From positions 2,176,136 to 2,240,135 of the forward strand of contig JBJBDC010000001.1 of NCBI GenBank assembly GCA_047285535.1: DNA of 64,000 nucleotides, written 5' to 3'. Below the pieces are notes generated by a model. The model ran no database searches. It saw only the letters and a list, made by a program, of their open reading frames with translations, and had not been told where the DNA came from. The position numbers were made by a program, and so were the translations under genes. The stretch's first letter is position 1. The number at the start of each line of letters is the position of its first letter. Of the stretch, positions 21,424-33,341 are shown piece after piece. The DNA comes from Synechococcus sp. GTDB lineage: Bacteria > Cyanobacteriota > Cyanobacteriia > PCC-6307 > Cyanobiaceae.

Positions 21424-22509
21424 GTGATTGGTGCTGGTGCTGTTGGCGCCAGCACAGCATGGCTGCTGGCCTGTCACGGCCACAGCGTCACCTTGATCGA
21501 CCCTTCCCTTGAAGCTACGATCAGCCGTGAAAACGGTCCTCTGCAACCGCTGAATGGGACTTCAGCCTCGCTTGGCGTCTTGATGGGGCATGTGTTTCGT
21601 CGCACTAGCGGACGAGCTTGGCGTCTGCGTCAACGCAGCATGGAGCTCTGGCCAGCATGGGTGGAGAAGCTGAACCATCCTGAAACGCCTCTGAGGCTCG
21701 AGACCCCCCTCATCCAGCTGGCCTCGGGTCCAGATGATGCGGAAAGAATGCAGAACCTGATCAATCAACGCACTGACCTGGGACTGGAACCCTGCGCCTC
21801 TGCAAGCAAACACTCGGGACGGCTGCCCTGGCCCGATCCTGGTCATGGAGGGTTGTGTTCCCGAAACGACGGGCGGATTGATCCCCTGGGACTACAACGG
21901 GCGCTAAGACGCAGCATGAAAGCAGAGAAGGTGTCTCTCTTAGCCAGCCGCGTTCAAAGTCTCCACAGAGTAATTGCTGGTGACGCCAGTCGCTGGCGAG
22001 TTGAACTGGACACAGGCGATTCCACCCACTGCCATCACGTTGTGGTCTGTGCTGCTTTGGCCAGCTCCCTGTTGCTGCAGCCTCTTGGACACTCGCTTCC
22101 GATGGAAGCAGTTCTAGGCCAGGTCCTAGATCTAGAGGTTTCTGCCCCAGCAAAGGCCTGGGATCAATGGCCAGCTGTACTGGTCTGCTCTGGAGTCAAT
22201 CTCATCCGCCATGGAAGCGACCGCCTCTGGTTGGGAGCAACCCTTGAGCGAGGAGAACAACCCTCTGCCGAGGACCTATCAATCATGCGCCGTTTGGATG
22301 GCCTAGCACCCAACTGGCTACAGAAAGCAAAGGTCGTCAATCAATGGCATGGCCTACGAGCCAGACCATCTGGTCGTCCGGCACCATTGCTTGAGGTCTT
22401 AGAGCCAGGACTCATTCTTGCGAGCGGTCATTATCGCAACGGGGTTTTACTGGCTCCTGCTACGGCTGACTGGGTCAGCCAACAGGTCCATGAAAAAAGC
22501 AGCGATTGA
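21424..22509 (+). CDS. FAD-dependent oxidoreductase (DAO/ThiO family)
   Basis: GAGAVG Rossmann motif, GLRARP, GHYRNGVLLAP. Confidence 0.88.
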   Translation: MIGAGAVGASTAWLLACHGHSVTLIDPSLEATISRENGPLQPLNGTSASLGVLMGHVFRRTSGRAWRLRQRSMELWPAWVEKLNHPETPLRLETPLIQLASGPDDAERMQNLINQRTDLGLEPCASASKHSGRLPWPDPGHGGLCSRNDGRIDPLGLQRALRRSMKAEKVSLLASRVQSLHRVIAGDASRWRVELDTGDSTHCHHVVVCAALASSLLLQPLGHSLPMEAVLGQVLDLEVSAPAKAWDQWPAVLVCSGVNLIRHGSDRLWLGATLERGEQPSAEDLSIMRRLDGLAPNWLQKAKVVNQWHGLRARPSGRPAPLLEVLEPGLILASGHYRNGVLLAPATADWVSQQVHEKSSD

Positions 22510-22513
22510 CCCT

Positions 22514-22553
22514 CTAAACCTTGCTTTAAACAACCTTGATTTGTCTTTGACTC
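22514..22553 (+). promoter_or_regulatory. Putative Pho box (degenerate PyTTAAPyPy(T/A) half-sites) upstream of pstS
   Basis: CTAAACCT (22514), TTTAAACA (22525), CTTGATTT (22535), TTTGACTC (22546), spaced 10-11 bp. Confidence 0.45.
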
Positions 22554-22599
22554 GTCAAGATATAAAGATTATGTAAAAGCAAATCGTCATTTCGACTTC

Positions 22600-23604
22600 A
22601 TGCGTCTTCGTTTCTTAACCCGCACCAACGCTGCGCTGATCGGAGTGGGAGCGGCACTCAGTCTTACTGCCTGCGCCGCAAGCGAGGAAGGCAATGAGAA
22701 ACAACAAGGCCGTCTATCGGCCGCCGGTGCATCCTTCCCAGCGGCGATCTACCAACGTTGGTTTCAAGATCTGGCCCCCCAGGGAATCCAGGTCAACTAT
22801 CAATCCGTTGGTTCAGGAGCAGGAGTCAGGCAGTTCACTGCAGGGACCGTTGACTTCGGGGCTTCTGACAAGCCGATGCAACCCGACGCTATAGCCAAAG
22901 TAAGCCGAGGAGTCATTCAAGTCCCTATGACGGCGGGCGCCATTGCAGTTGCCTACAACAACCCAGGCTGTGAGCTGAAGCTCACTCAAGAGCAACTTGC
23001 TGAAATCTTCTTAGGGAGCATTCGAAATTACAATCAGCTTGGTTGTAAGGCAAAAAGTATCAAGGTGGTGCATCGATCCGATGGCTCCGGCACCACCTAC
23101 AACTTCACCAAGCACCTCTCTGCCATTAGTCCGAAGTGGAAACGTAGCGTTGGTGCTAACAAAAGCGTGCAATGGCCCACAGGTGTTGGTGCCAAAGGCA
23201 ACGAAGGTGTAGCCGCACAGATCACCCAAATCGATGGGGGCATTGGTTATGTCGAACTGGCTTACGTCAAGGGAGTGCTGCAAGCAGCAGCGATTCAAAA
23301 CAGATCTGGAGACCAAGTGAAGCCAACCAATGCCTCGGCAAGCAAAGCCCTTGCTTCCATAGACCTTGGGCCTGATCTCATCGGTAGCAATGCCAACCCC
23401 ATTAGCGGATATCCAATCGTGACCTTTTCCTGGGTGCTCGCCTACGCCAACGGCAACGGCAACAACACATCTCTCCTGAAAACAACCTTCAATTACATGT
23501 TGTCTGAGGAGTCACAGGCTAAAGCACCTGATCTGGGCTATATCTCCCTTCCACCAGATGTAATTCTTCAAGCCAAATCAGCAGCAAATTCGATCAAGGA
23601 ATAG
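22600..23604 (+). CDS. pstS: Phosphate ABC transporter substrate-binding protein (orphan paralog)
   Basis: Lipobox LTAC, AGASFP, NYQSVGSGAG, DFGASD, RSDGSGTT, YPIVTFSW; no pstCAB adjacent. Confidence 0.95.
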   Translation: MRLRFLTRTNAALIGVGAALSLTACAASEEGNEKQQGRLSAAGASFPAAIYQRWFQDLAPQGIQVNYQSVGSGAGVRQFTAGTVDFGASDKPMQPDAIAKVSRGVIQVPMTAGAIAVAYNNPGCELKLTQEQLAEIFLGSIRNYNQLGCKAKSIKVVHRSDGSGTTYNFTKHLSAISPKWKRSVGANKSVQWPTGVGAKGNEGVAAQITQIDGGIGYVELAYVKGVLQAAAIQNRSGDQVKPTNASASKALASIDLGPDLIGSNANPISGYPIVTFSWVLAYANGNGNNTSLLKTTFNYMLSEESQAKAPDLGYISLPPDVILQAKSAANSIKE

Positions 23605-23639
23605 AACGAATTAGCTTTTCCTTAATCAAACAAACGCTC

Positions 23640-23663
23640 AAAGAGGGGGAATTCCCCCTCTTT
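23640..23663. terminator. Bidirectional intrinsic terminator between convergent pstS and dnaK
   Basis: Perfect palindrome AAAGAGGGGG-AATT-CCCCCTCTTT. Confidence 0.8.
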
Positions 23664-23700
23664 TCAGGTTCAGAGCAGAGTCACAAACACAAGGTTCTGA

Positions 23701-25614
23701 TCACTTTGTTTCAGTGAATTCAGCATCGATCACATCATCACCAGCACTACTGGATTCGTTGCCTGAGTCACTAGAAGCTGATCCATCCGCACCTGAAGCA
23801 GCAGCTTCTGCACCAGCCTGTTGGTAGACCGAAGCACCAACGGTATACAGCTCCTGCTGAAGCTCCTCAAGGAGAGTCTTCATGGACTCGTAATCCTCTT
23901 TGTCAGTAGCTTCCTTGAGCTTGGCGGCCTTCTCCTCAACTTTGGTCTTTGCTCCAGCGTCAATCTTGTCTCCGAGTTCACCCAGCTGCTTCTCTGCTTG
24001 ATAAACGAGGGTTTCAGCCTGATTTTTCAGATCAATCTTCTCGCGTTTCTCTTTATCAGCACTGGCATTGCTCTCCGCATCCTTCACCATCTTCTCGACT
24101 TCATTGTCGGAGAGAGTTGAAGCTCCAGTAATCGAGATCGACTGTTCTTTCCCACTGCCTTTGTCCTTGGCTGTCACGCTCAGGATGCCGTTGGCATCAA
24201 TATCGAACGTCACTTCGATCTGCGGGACGCCACGAGGAGCCGAAGGAATACCGTCGAGACGGAAGGTTCCAAGGCTCTTGTTGTCAGAGGCCATCTCGCG
24301 CTCACCCTGGAGCACATGGATCTCAACATTGGTTTGACCATCCACAGCTGTGGAATAAGTCTCTGATTTTTTAGTGGGGACAGTGGTATTTCGTGTGATC
24401 ATTTTGGTCATCACCCCTCCGAGGGTCTCCACACCCAGGGATAGGGGAGTGACGTCCAGCAGAAGGATATCTTTGACTTCACCGGCCAAAACGCCACCTT
24501 GAATAGCGGCTCCAATCGCCACGACTTCATCAGGGTTCACGGTCTGATTTGGATCCTTTCCGGTGGTGCGCTTTACCAGCTCCAGCACAGCGGGAATCCT
24601 GGTGGAACCACCCACCATCACGATCTCGTCAAGATCACTGGATGAGAGCTTGGCGTCTTTTAAAGCCTGCTCTACTGGAATGCGACAGCGATCAATGAGA
24701 TTGGCGGCCAGCTCTTCAAACTTGCCGCGCGTGAGGGTGAGATCGAGATGCTTGGGACCTTCAGGGGTGGCCGTAATGAAAGGAAGATTGATCTCGCTCT
24801 GTGTCGCACTCGAAAGCTCGATCTTTGCCTTCTCAGCAGCTTCAGTAAGACGCTGCAAAGCCTGCTTGTCCTGACGCAGGTCAATCCCTTCGTTGGATTT
24901 GAAGGTGTTTGCCAAGTGGTCGACAATCACTTTGTCAAAGTCATCACCGCCAAGGTGAGTGTCACCAGAAGTGGAGAGCACCTCAAAAACACCATCACCT
25001 ACTTCAAGAACAGACACATCGAAAGTGCCCCCACCAAGGTCGAACACAAGGATGCGTTCATTGCTTTTTTTGTCGAGGCCATAAGCCAGGGCCGCCGCCG
25101 TGGGCTCGTTAATGATGCGCAGCACCTCTAGGCCAGCAATCTTTCCAGCATCTTTTGTGGCTTGGCGCTGAGAATCATTGAAATAGGCCGGAACGGTAAT
25201 AACTGCCTGGGTAATGCTTTCTCCGAGGTACTTACCAGCGTCTTCAGCCAACTTGCGCAGCACCTGCGCACTCACTTCCTCAGGGGCGAACTGTTTATCA
25301 AGGACAGGACATTTGACCTTGACATTGGAACCAGCCTTCTCAACGGCGTAACTCACCTCCTTTGATTCTTCATTGACTTCATCAACACGACGTCCAATGA
25401 AACGCTTAACGGAATAGAACGTGTTGTCGGTGTTCATCACCGCTTGACGCTTAGCGATCTGACCGACCAGCTGATCTTGATTTTTTGTGTAAGCAACGAC
25501 CGATGGAGTGGTTCGGAATCCCTCAGCATTTGCGATCACAGTGGGCTTTCCGCCCTCCATCACTGAGACGCAACTATTGGTGGTACCTAAATCAATGCCG
25601 ACAACCTTGCCCAT
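23701..25614 (-). CDS. dnaK: Chaperone DnaK (Hsp70)
   Basis: [42 protein letters not shown] tail; strong RBS. Confidence 0.98.
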   Translation of the reverse strand: MGKVVGIDLGTTNSCVSVMEGGKPTVIANAEGFRTTPSVVAYTKNQDQLVGQIAKRQAVMNTDNTFYSVKRFIGRRVDEVNEESKEVSYAVEKAGSNVKVKCPVLDKQFAPEEVSAQVLRKLAEDAGKYLGESITQAVITVPAYFNDSQRQATKDAGKIAGLEVLRIINEPTAAALAYGLDKKSNERILVFDLGGGTFDVSVLEVGDGVFEVLSTSGDTHLGGDDFDKVIVDHLANTFKSNEGIDLRQDKQALQRLTEAAEKAKIELSSATQSEINLPFITATPEGPKHLDLTLTRGKFEELAANLIDRCRIPVEQALKDAKLSSSDLDEIVMVGGSTRIPAVLELVKRTTGKDPNQTVNPDEVVAIGAAIQGGVLAGEVKDILLLDVTPLSLGVETLGGVMTKMITRNTTVPTKKSETYSTAVDGQTNVEIHVLQGEREMASDNKSLGTFRLDGIPSAPRGVPQIEVTFDIDANGILSVTAKDKGSGKEQSISITGASTLSDNEVEKMVKDAESNASADKEKREKIDLKNQAETLVYQAEKQLGELGDKIDAGAKTKVEEKAAKLKEATDKEDYESMKTLLEELQQELYTVGASVYQQAGAEAAASGADGSASSDSGNESSSAGDDVIDAEFTETK

Positions 25615-25745
25615 TAGTTCCCTCCTACTCCTCGAAAAAATGTGACTAGAACTCGTGCATCTTCGGCAGAGACGTCACCAGGAGGCGAGGTGTGGTTCCC
25701 GAACAGCCAGAACGGCAGGCTGGTCCAGGACTGACAAACAAAGGA

Positions 25746-26639
25746 ATGATCAGCGGAACTACGGCACTGGTTGGACTGTTGGGCCAACCGGTCAGCCACT
25801 CGCTTTCACCCGTGATGCAAAACGCTGCTCTCAAGGCAATGGGCCTTGACTGGTGCTTCCTGGCACTGCCATGCAGCACTGACGATCTCGCAACCGCGCT
25901 CAAGGGCCTGGAGGCGTTGGGTTGCCGGGGGCTCAATGTCACCATCCCTCACAAACAAGCCGTCTCCCAGCTCTGTGCAGAACTAAGCCCACTGGCTAAA
26001 AGGCTCGGAGCCGTCAACACGCTGATTCCATTGCCCAATGGTGGTTGGTACGGGCACAACACTGATGTAGAAGGCTTTTTGGCCCCGCTCCAGAGCCATG
26101 ATGCGAATTGGAACGGAACACAGGCCTTGGTGTTGGGTTGTGGAGGCAGCGCCAGGGCGGTCGTAGCGGGTTTACAAGACTTAGAGCCAAGCAGCATCAC
26201 AGTTGTAGGACGCCGAGCAGAAACACTTGATCCTTTTTGCAGAGCACTCCAGCAAGAAAGACCGATAACTAGTGTCCAATTGCAACCACTCCTGAACAAC
26301 GACCCGCAAGTCCAAACCCTGATTCAAAAAGCTGATCTAGTGGTCAATACCACCCCTATTGGCATGAGCAGTCACAAGACTGATCAAGACGACGAGATGC
26401 CACTGGGCACGGAAATCTGGAACAACCTGAACTCTCACACCGTGCTTTACGACCTGATCTACTCACCACGACCCACTCCATGGCTGGAGAAAGGGAAAAC
26501 ACTCGGCTGCCAAACCTTTGACGGCCTTGAGATGCTGGTGCAGCAAGGAGCCGCTGCTCTCAGGCGTTGGAGCCACCTAGACGAGGTTCCTGTGGACGCG
26601 ATGAGGAAAGCAGCACTCCAAAACCTGGGCCAGCCCTAA
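25746..26639 (+). CDS. aroE: Shikimate dehydrogenase
   Basis: HSLSP, GLNVTIPHK, GAVNT, NTDVEG, GCGGSARA, DGLEMLVQQG. Confidence 0.95.
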   Translation: MISGTTALVGLLGQPVSHSLSPVMQNAALKAMGLDWCFLALPCSTDDLATALKGLEALGCRGLNVTIPHKQAVSQLCAELSPLAKRLGAVNTLIPLPNGGWYGHNTDVEGFLAPLQSHDANWNGTQALVLGCGGSARAVVAGLQDLEPSSITVVGRRAETLDPFCRALQQERPITSVQLQPLLNNDPQVQTLIQKADLVVNTTPIGMSSHKTDQDDEMPLGTEIWNNLNSHTVLYDLIYSPRPTPWLEKGKTLGCQTFDGLEMLVQQGAAALRRWSHLDEVPVDAMRKAALQNLGQP

Positions 26640-26677
26640 AGGCCACCTAGCCTTTGATCAATCAAAAACCTCAACCT

Positions 26678-27145
26678 GTGCCCATCCCCATCTGGCAGCG
26701 CCTGCTTGGTTTATTGGTTTATATGCTGCCTTGGAGCGATGCCATCCCAATCGGCCAACATCTGCTCATTCAGTTTCCTTTATTGCAGTGGCTGACCTTG
26801 CCGGCTTTGCCTCTGTTCATTCTTCAACAAGGAATTCCATTCGGACTTGGGAACCTCCTTGTGTTTTTCCTGCTGTTCTTAGCTGTGGTTCGGAACCCAA
26901 ACGTTCCTTACTTCATTCGCTTCAACACCTTGCAAGCCCTATTGGTTGACATCGTGGTATTCCTTATTGGCTACGCCTTCATCATCCTCACCCCTGTTGG
27001 AGGAGGACTATTGATACGCACTCTTTCAAGCACTTTGGTGGTGGGTGTTCTTGCAATCGTGATCTTCGCCCTCATCGAGTGCTGTCGAGGTCGTGAACCT
27101 GACCTACCCGGCTTGAGCCAAGCGGTTCGCATGCAGCTGTATTGA
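26678..27145 (+). CDS. Tic20 family membrane protein
   Basis: YMLPWSD, LAVVRNPNVPYFIRFNTLQA, C-terminal AVRMQLY. Confidence 0.85.
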   Translation: MPIPIWQRLLGLLVYMLPWSDAIPIGQHLLIQFPLLQWLTLPALPLFILQQGIPFGLGNLLVFFLLFLAVVRNPNVPYFIRFNTLQALLVDIVVFLIGYAFIILTPVGGGLLIRTLSSTLVVGVLAIVIFALIECCRGREPDLPGLSQAVRMQLY

Positions 27146-27237
27146 TTCCTCTAACACTTGTCCCAAAACCCCAAAGGATATGGTGGTAGATCCGTCGCTC
27201 ACTCATTGAGCCTTCAGTCCCCGTCGGATCTGTCTTC

Positions 27238-27600
27238 ATGACCCAACAGCCTTACTACGAGACCATGTACATCCTCCGTCCGGACATCCCGGAAGAGGAG
27301 GTTGAGTCTCATGTGACCAAGTACCGCGACATCTTGGTTGAAGCAGGTGCTGATGTACTCGACAATCAAATGCGCGGCAAACGTCGCCTGGCTTATCCGA
27401 TTGCCAAGCACAAAGAGGGTATCTATGTGCAGTTAAGCCATAACGGTGATGGTCAACAGGTAGGCGTCATCGAAAAAGCAATGCGTCTCAGTGAAGACGT
27501 GATTCGCTACCTCACTGTCAAGCAAGAGGGACCTCTGCCTGCTCCTCGCGTTGCACCAGTCACAGAAACACCAGCCGAACCTGAAACCACCCCTGCCTAA
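27238..27600 (+). CDS. rpsF: 30S ribosomal protein S6
   Basis: [26 protein letters not shown]. Confidence 0.97.
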   Translation: MTQQPYYETMYILRPDIPEEEVESHVTKYRDILVEAGADVLDNQMRGKRRLAYPIAKHKEGIYVQLSHNGDGQQVGVIEKAMRLSEDVIRYLTVKQEGPLPAPRVAPVTETPAEPETTPA

Positions 27601-27640
27601 CGGCATTGTGCAAGCCATGGACTGGCGATAATGTCCGTTC

Positions 27641-27970
27641 ATGGTGCATCAGGATTCCAGCTATTGCTCGCCTCCTCCGGCCTGGAAAGCCGCTCAACCT
27701 CCTAGTGCTGATGTTGAAGCACTCCGCACAAAAGTGATGGAACTTGAGCAGCAGATCAGGGATTACGAAACACTGATCGGTGAACTCCCTGATCTGTTTG
27801 AACGCAAATTCCAACAACGGCTGGAACCACTGCTGGAGCGCTATCGGTTATTGGCACAAGCTCAGCAACTTAGGGCTGCACCCACCGAATCTGAGCCAAT
27901 CCCTCTGCCCTTGCAAACCTCCTCAACAAGGAAACATCGCAATATTGCCGATCACAACATTGCAGCCTGA
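27641..27970 (+). CDS. Hypothetical coiled-coil protein
   Basis: 109-aa ORF filling the gap between rpsF and argG; heptad pattern, ELPDLFERKFQQRLEPLLERYRLL. Confidence 0.65.
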   Translation: MVHQDSSYCSPPPAWKAAQPPSADVEALRTKVMELEQQIRDYETLIGELPDLFERKFQQRLEPLLERYRLLAQAQQLRAAPTESEPIPLPLQTSSTRKHRNIADHNIAA

Positions 27971-27972
27971 AA

Positions 27973-29178
27973 TCAATACCGATGCTTGGCTGCCCACAAA
28001 CGTGAAGGCAAACCCCAGATATAAATAAATCCCTCGGCAGCGCGATGATCAAACTTGTCTTCGCTGCCGTACGAGGCCATTTCCGGTACGTACAAACTAC
28101 TGGTTTTTGAAGCTCTCCCAATGATCGTGGCATTCCCCTTGTGCAACCTCAGACGGACGACCCCATTCACATAGGTTTGGGTTCGATCCATGAAGCCATC
28201 AAGAGCATCCTTCAGGGGACCAAACCAAAGACCCTGATAGACGAGATCGGCCCACTGCATCTCAAGCTGGCGCTTGCTCCGCAAAACATCGGCAGCGAGG
28301 GTGAGGCTCTCAAGTTCCTGATGAGCCTGGATCAAGAGCAATAAACCAGGCGTTTCGTAAATCTCCCGACTTTTAATCCCAACCACACGGTTCTCGATCA
28401 TGTCGAGACGACCAATGCCATGGTGACCCGCCAAGAAATTGGCTTCCCGGATCAAACTCACAGGATCCAGCCGTTTGCCGTTAATTGACACCGGATTGCC
28501 GGATTCGAAGAGGATCTCGATGTCCTCTGCATGATCAGGCGCCTGATCAACCGAACGGGTCATCGCAAAGACCTCCTCTGGTGGCGCCACCATTGGATCT
28601 TCCAAAGGACCAGCTTCGACGCTGCGACCGAGCAGATTCAGATCGATGGAATAGGGCATCTTTTTACTCACCGGAGCAGGAATCCCGCAACGTTCTCCGT
28701 AGGCAATCGTTTCTTCCCTACTCATTCCCCACTCACGAGCAGGAGTCAAAACTTTCAAATCAGGTGCTAGAGCGGCGATCGCAACATCGAAACGCACCTG
28801 ATCGTTGCCTTTACCCGTGCAGCCATGCGCAACAGCATCAGCACCCACATCTCGTGCCACCTCAACAAGACGACGGGCAATCAAGGGACGTGCCAAGGCC
28901 GTTGAGAGAGGGTAGCGACCTTCGTATAGAGCATTCGCGCGAATCGCAGGGAACGCAAATTCCTCAATAAATGGCTGGATCAAGTTTCCAACCAGAGACT
29001 GACTGGCTCCAGCCTCCAGTGCTTTAAGTCGTATCGGTTCTAGTTCGTCACCCTGACCGAGATCCGCAGCGAAGGTAATCACCTCCTCCACACCCCACTC
29101 CTGCTTGAGATAAGGAATGCAGACGCTGGTATCCACACCACCGGAATATGCGAGAACGACCTTGCTTGCGCGTCCCAT
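27973..29178 (-). CDS. argG: Argininosuccinate synthase
   Basis: [38 protein letters not shown]. Confidence 0.97.
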   Translation of the reverse strand: MGRASKVVLAYSGGVDTSVCIPYLKQEWGVEEVITFAADLGQGDELEPIRLKALEAGASQSLVGNLIQPFIEEFAFPAIRANALYEGRYPLSTALARPLIARRLVEVARDVGADAVAHGCTGKGNDQVRFDVAIAALAPDLKVLTPAREWGMSREETIAYGERCGIPAPVSKKMPYSIDLNLLGRSVEAGPLEDPMVAPPEEVFAMTRSVDQAPDHAEDIEILFESGNPVSINGKRLDPVSLIREANFLAGHHGIGRLDMIENRVVGIKSREIYETPGLLLLIQAHQELESLTLAADVLRSKRQLEMQWADLVYQGLWFGPLKDALDGFMDRTQTYVNGVVRLRLHKGNATIIGRASKTSSLYVPEMASYGSEDKFDHRAAEGFIYIWGLPSRLWAAKHRY

Positions 29179-29432
29179 CAAGTGGACTCCTGCTCTGAAT
29201 CAGATTGCAATGATTCTCCCCTCTCGCCGGCCAAGGAGGACGGTTGTAGCGACCGCCTGGCCAACCAGAACAGCCAAATGGCCATCAACAGCGCAGGAAT
29301 AACAAGCAAGATAAGCACTGGCACTGGATTCACCACCAACGGATCGGGATGCAAACGCCCCCAGTTCCACAAGCCAAAACTCACCAACAAAGCTCCGCCC
29401 CAAACGAGCAGAAGGAGCCACACCTTGCTCAA
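29178..29432 (-). CDS. Small hypothetical membrane protein
   Basis: Two hydrophobic segments; stop overlaps the argG start. Confidence 0.55.
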   Translation of the reverse strand: MSKVWLLLLVWGGALLVSFGLWNWGRLHPDPLVVNPVPVLILLVIPALLMAIWLFWLARRSLQPSSLAGERGESLQSDSEQEST

Positions 29433-29485
29433 GACACTTCCTCAGGACAGCTTTCATCTATGATCATGGATTATGGAAATGGACC

Positions 29486-29749
29486 TTGTCGTCAGAGATA
29501 ATCGCCCTCGACAGCATTAATCCAGCCCTGACCCGTTATGGGCGGAACGAACCCGCTCCTGTTCTGCCTTTACGCGAAGAGCCAGATCTGCTGAGCTGGC
29601 TTGAAACAAGCGGACGTCTTGTGGAAGATGAGGAATCAAGCTCTCCTGAAGTGAGCACCGTGGAAGAAGAAGAACTTTCCGCGCTGATGGGAGAGAAAGA
29701 GGATTACAACGCTGCTGATGAGCAAAACGAAGAGAATTGGGAAGACTGA
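29486..29749 (+). CDS. Conserved cyanobacterial acidic protein (DUF3134-like)
   Basis: NPALTRYGR..LLSWLETSGRL with acidic tail; upstream of mraY. Confidence 0.75.
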   Translation: MSSEIIALDSINPALTRYGRNEPAPVLPLREEPDLLSWLETSGRLVEDEESSSPEVSTVEEEELSALMGEKEDYNAADEQNEENWED

Positions 29750-29782
29750 TTTAAGGTCCCTCCCCTAAAGCGCCAAAGGGAT

Positions 29783-30880
29783 GTGAACAACAAACCAGAG
29801 ACTCCTGCTCCCCTGAATGGGAAGGTCTCTGCGGTATTGCTAGCGATTGTTGTATATGCAGCAAGCTTCGCAGCAGACCGCTGGATCCCTAACAGCCTGC
29901 TCAGCCTTCCCTTATTGATCGCGACGCTGACGACCGCGACCATTACTGGATGGGGAGTACCCCACCTGCATGCTTTAAAACTTGGTCAGGTCATCAGAGA
30001 AGAGGGACCACAAACCCATCTGAACAAATCAGGTACTCCCACGATGGGCGGATTACTCGTGGTGCCAATCGGGGTCATTGTGGGCGGGCTGATCAGTTGG
30101 AGTGGTCAACCCGCTGAACAACTTGTAGCCGTGGCGTTCATCACTCTCGCTTATATGGTGATTGGTGGAGTTGATGACTGGCGCAGTCTTACTAAGCAAA
30201 CCAATACTGGTTTAACCCCTCGAGGCAAATTATGTCTCCAAGCCTTGGCCGCAGGCATCTTTTTGATCTGGGCAGGTATGCGAGGTTGGGTCAGTGGCGA
30301 CGTGGCCTTGCCGTTTGACATCAGCCTTCCATTGAGTTGGCTGATTTGGCCGCTGGCCCTATTTGTCTTTTTAGCTGAGAGCAATGCCACCAACCTCACC
30401 GACGGCTTGGATGGTCTTGCTGCAGGCTGCGGTGCCTTGGTGTTCACCGGAATGGCACTGCAATTGATGCTTCGCGGCAATAACGGAGATCCCAACCTTG
30501 CTGCATTCTGCATGGCCATGGCGGGCTGTTGGATTGGTTTCCTAGTGCACAACCGCAAGCCAGCAAGAGTATTTATGGGCGACACAGGCTCTCTGGCGAT
30601 GGGAGCCTCACTCACCGCCGTCTCACTGCTATCCAACAGCCTTTGGCCACTGCTGGTGATGGGGGGAGTCTTTTTAGCAGAATCATTATCGGTCATTATT
30701 CAAGTCTGGGTTTTTAAAGCAACCAAACAAGCTGATGGAACTGGACACAGAGTGTTCCGCATGTCACCTCTGCACCATCACTTTGAATTAGGAGGAATGC
30801 CAGAAGAATCTGTAGTGGGATTGTTCTGGATCGTAAATACAGTTCTCATTCTACTAGGAATAGCCTTCCGGCCTTTTTAG
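29783..30880 (+). CDS. mraY: Phospho-N-acetylmuramoyl-pentapeptide transferase
   Basis: [38 protein letters not shown]. Confidence 0.97.
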   Translation: MNNKPETPAPLNGKVSAVLLAIVVYAASFAADRWIPNSLLSLPLLIATLTTATITGWGVPHLHALKLGQVIREEGPQTHLNKSGTPTMGGLLVVPIGVIVGGLISWSGQPAEQLVAVAFITLAYMVIGGVDDWRSLTKQTNTGLTPRGKLCLQALAAGIFLIWAGMRGWVSGDVALPFDISLPLSWLIWPLALFVFLAESNATNLTDGLDGLAAGCGALVFTGMALQLMLRGNNGDPNLAAFCMAMAGCWIGFLVHNRKPARVFMGDTGSLAMGASLTAVSLLSNSLWPLLVMGGVFLAESLSVIIQVWVFKATKQADGTGHRVFRMSPLHHHFELGGMPEESVVGLFWIVNTVLILLGIAFRPF

Positions 30881-32803
30881 TAAGACCACTCTCCCAAAAA
30901 GGATGGGTACTCATAATTCTATTACTTAATCAATATGGAACAAAATATCACCTATCAACATACATTCAACACTCGCTGGAGGCAGGGCAAAAAGAGAAAG
31001 TGCCAGAAACGCGCGGAAATCCACCATCGCTCGCCTAAAAGCCTATATCAGGCATTAAAAATATCTACCAGACCATCCCATACCTGACCAATCCATGTTC
31101 ATTAAAAATGATAATTCAAGTACAGCGGCATCAGCCAATCCACCGTATAGGATGCATCATCAATTCACAAAAACATAATCTCTGAAGGTCAAAGATCACC
31201 CTCAAAAATTGAAATATTCCAACTTGAAAAACAGTTAACACAATTTCTTTTACCATAAACCATCTTTAGACACCAAGACGCCCAGCTTTTCTAAACCAAT
31301 AAGGTCTTACGTTGGCTCAATATTGGCTTTTCCATAACAAAACCATTGTTACCCCTTCAGATGTATTAACGCATGTAAACACCTATCAGGTCAATAATTA
31401 ATGCACTTAATGTCGACTTAGCCATCCAAGTCATTTTACAATAGTCGCAGAAAAATCTAATGAACTTAAGCAATAAAACTAGATTAAATACTTACACTGC
31501 TGAACCAATTCATAACCTAATCAGACTATCTATTCAAACATATACAACTCTCAACAAGTAATTGAATGATCAGACTTGAATTCATTTTTCGTGACAACAA
31601 GAAGCATTTCCCGCTCTTTCCAATCTAGAAGTGGCCCTAAGACAAATAATCATAGCATCCGAAAAGAATATGGTTGAATCATAAGCAAGCCACGACATTT
31701 GAATCTCTGAAAATCAGTCACAAAAAACATGCTGATTAAAGAATAATTGGGGACTCATGTGTTGCTACAAAAACGGACCAATCGTGCCGAAGGTAAGGAT
31801 TGTTTGTGACGACTTAGCGACTCATCCGTTTGCTAAATCGATGATCAAAGGAGGTATAATGTGCGAAGAGCTGGGAATAGAGGAATAAAGGTGAAGGTTC
31901 AGAGGAAGGTGAAGAGGGTTGGGGGTTAAAGGAAAAGCCACACCAGACATGAAAAGATTGAAACTTTGAACAATGAAATTCAGAAGTCAACACAGTATAA
32001 ATTGAACATTGAATCGAACCGTTACAACATATTCTTCATCAATTCCAAATAAGTAGTCATAACTTCAATTAGTCTTTAACTGGTATATTGATATCATGTT
32101 TAATGTGTTGGATTGTCATTAGAGCCATAGCCCATGCAAATGGATCAAAGGATTAGCAAGTTAAGCATCAAATAAAATCAACCAATAGAATAGCGCAATT
32201 AAACAACAAGGATATAGCTTTGCAAGCTCGACATCAAATATTTTTTGACCAAAGGGAAATTTTGTTTTTAGCTACTGGGATGACAAATCAAAGTCAGATG
32301 GTAAGCAAATAGATGGAAGTGAAAGCCCAAAACATTTAACATAGCAAATATCAATTTAATTACCTTTGCATCAATATTCTTTTTAAGAGTCGCATCCAAA
32401 GATTATTTAGTACTTTTAAAACAACGAAATAAAGACAGGTCAAATTCCACAGGAAAATTTCGCACGTGTCTATATTTCCTCAACACCAAAGCCAACAAAA
32501 TAAAACATATGAATAACCTAATGCAGTTTACTCCTACGCATCAATTCACGATTAACTACTCATGAAGTTAGTCACAATAAAATAGACTTACCAGATACTT
32601 GAATCTCCTCTTTGATGAGTTTTATTGACGAGAGGTAAACTCATTAAAACTAGAATGATGTAGAATAAAACAGAAGAAAGAAAAATAGGAGACACTAAGA
32701 GACATTCCTCAATCATGCTTTAAGGCAATATGCGGAACATGCGTTCCAGCACTCAAACCCGTCTTCACGACCAAGAACACAGTCATAGCAAGAGTTTTTG
32801 AAA

Positions 32804-33130
32804 ATGTCTTACTTCACATGGAAAGAAGCCGGCCTCACAAGCGACTGTGCAAGCCTTGAAGCCATGGCCTCCCGCTTTGAAGAAGCCGCAAGTTTGATGC
32901 GCCGAATGGCACAACAGGGGTTTGAACTCGACACTCAAGGCCGTCAACAACGCATCACCCATAGCGATTCAGAGGTGTTCGAGTCTTGGGGGTTTATCAA
33001 TGAGGAATCAGCCTTCCGACAACTCACCTTGATCAGCGATCCAACCTTTGGATCTCCTTCAAACTCATCAGCCGCGACGGAATTCGCCGATCAACCACAC
33101 CAAGACAAAAGCCAAGGACGACACACCTAA
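32804..33130 (+). CDS. Conserved hypothetical protein (intact copy)
   Basis: ATG-led MSYFTWKEAGLTSDCASLEAMASRFEE...; duplicated downstream in truncated form. Confidence 0.7.
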   Translation: MSYFTWKEAGLTSDCASLEAMASRFEEAASLMRRMAQQGFELDTQGRQQRITHSDSEVFESWGFINEESAFRQLTLISDPTFGSPSNSSAATEFADQPHQDKSQGRHT

Positions 33131-33341
33131 ATACACCAAAACCCATTTCTGAATAGTCGCAATCTCCCAGCCGAACAGCAACCCATTGGCGGCATCGCCA
33201 GCCGTTGTGAACGCAAGTAGCAAAAGCATGAGGACTAAGCGAGAAGATCAAGCCATGCTGCCTTGAAACTTGCCATGACGAACTTCCCAAAAACACTGAT
33301 GCTGCTCGGCAGCGGTGAACTGGGCAAAGAAGTAGCGATCG
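32823..33341 (+). repeat. 519-bp direct repeat, copy 1
   Basis: Matches 34679-35197 at offset 1856; 7 substitutions counted. Confidence 0.95.

Noticed and set aside
22600..23604. Orphan pstS as a phage-derived auxiliary gene
   Set aside because: No phage genes nearby; multiple stand-alone pstS paralogs are usual in marine Synechococcus
32615..32644. Inverted repeat ATGAGTTT-N14-AAACTCAT
   Set aside because: An 8-bp arm in AT-rich DNA can arise by chance; no supporting context
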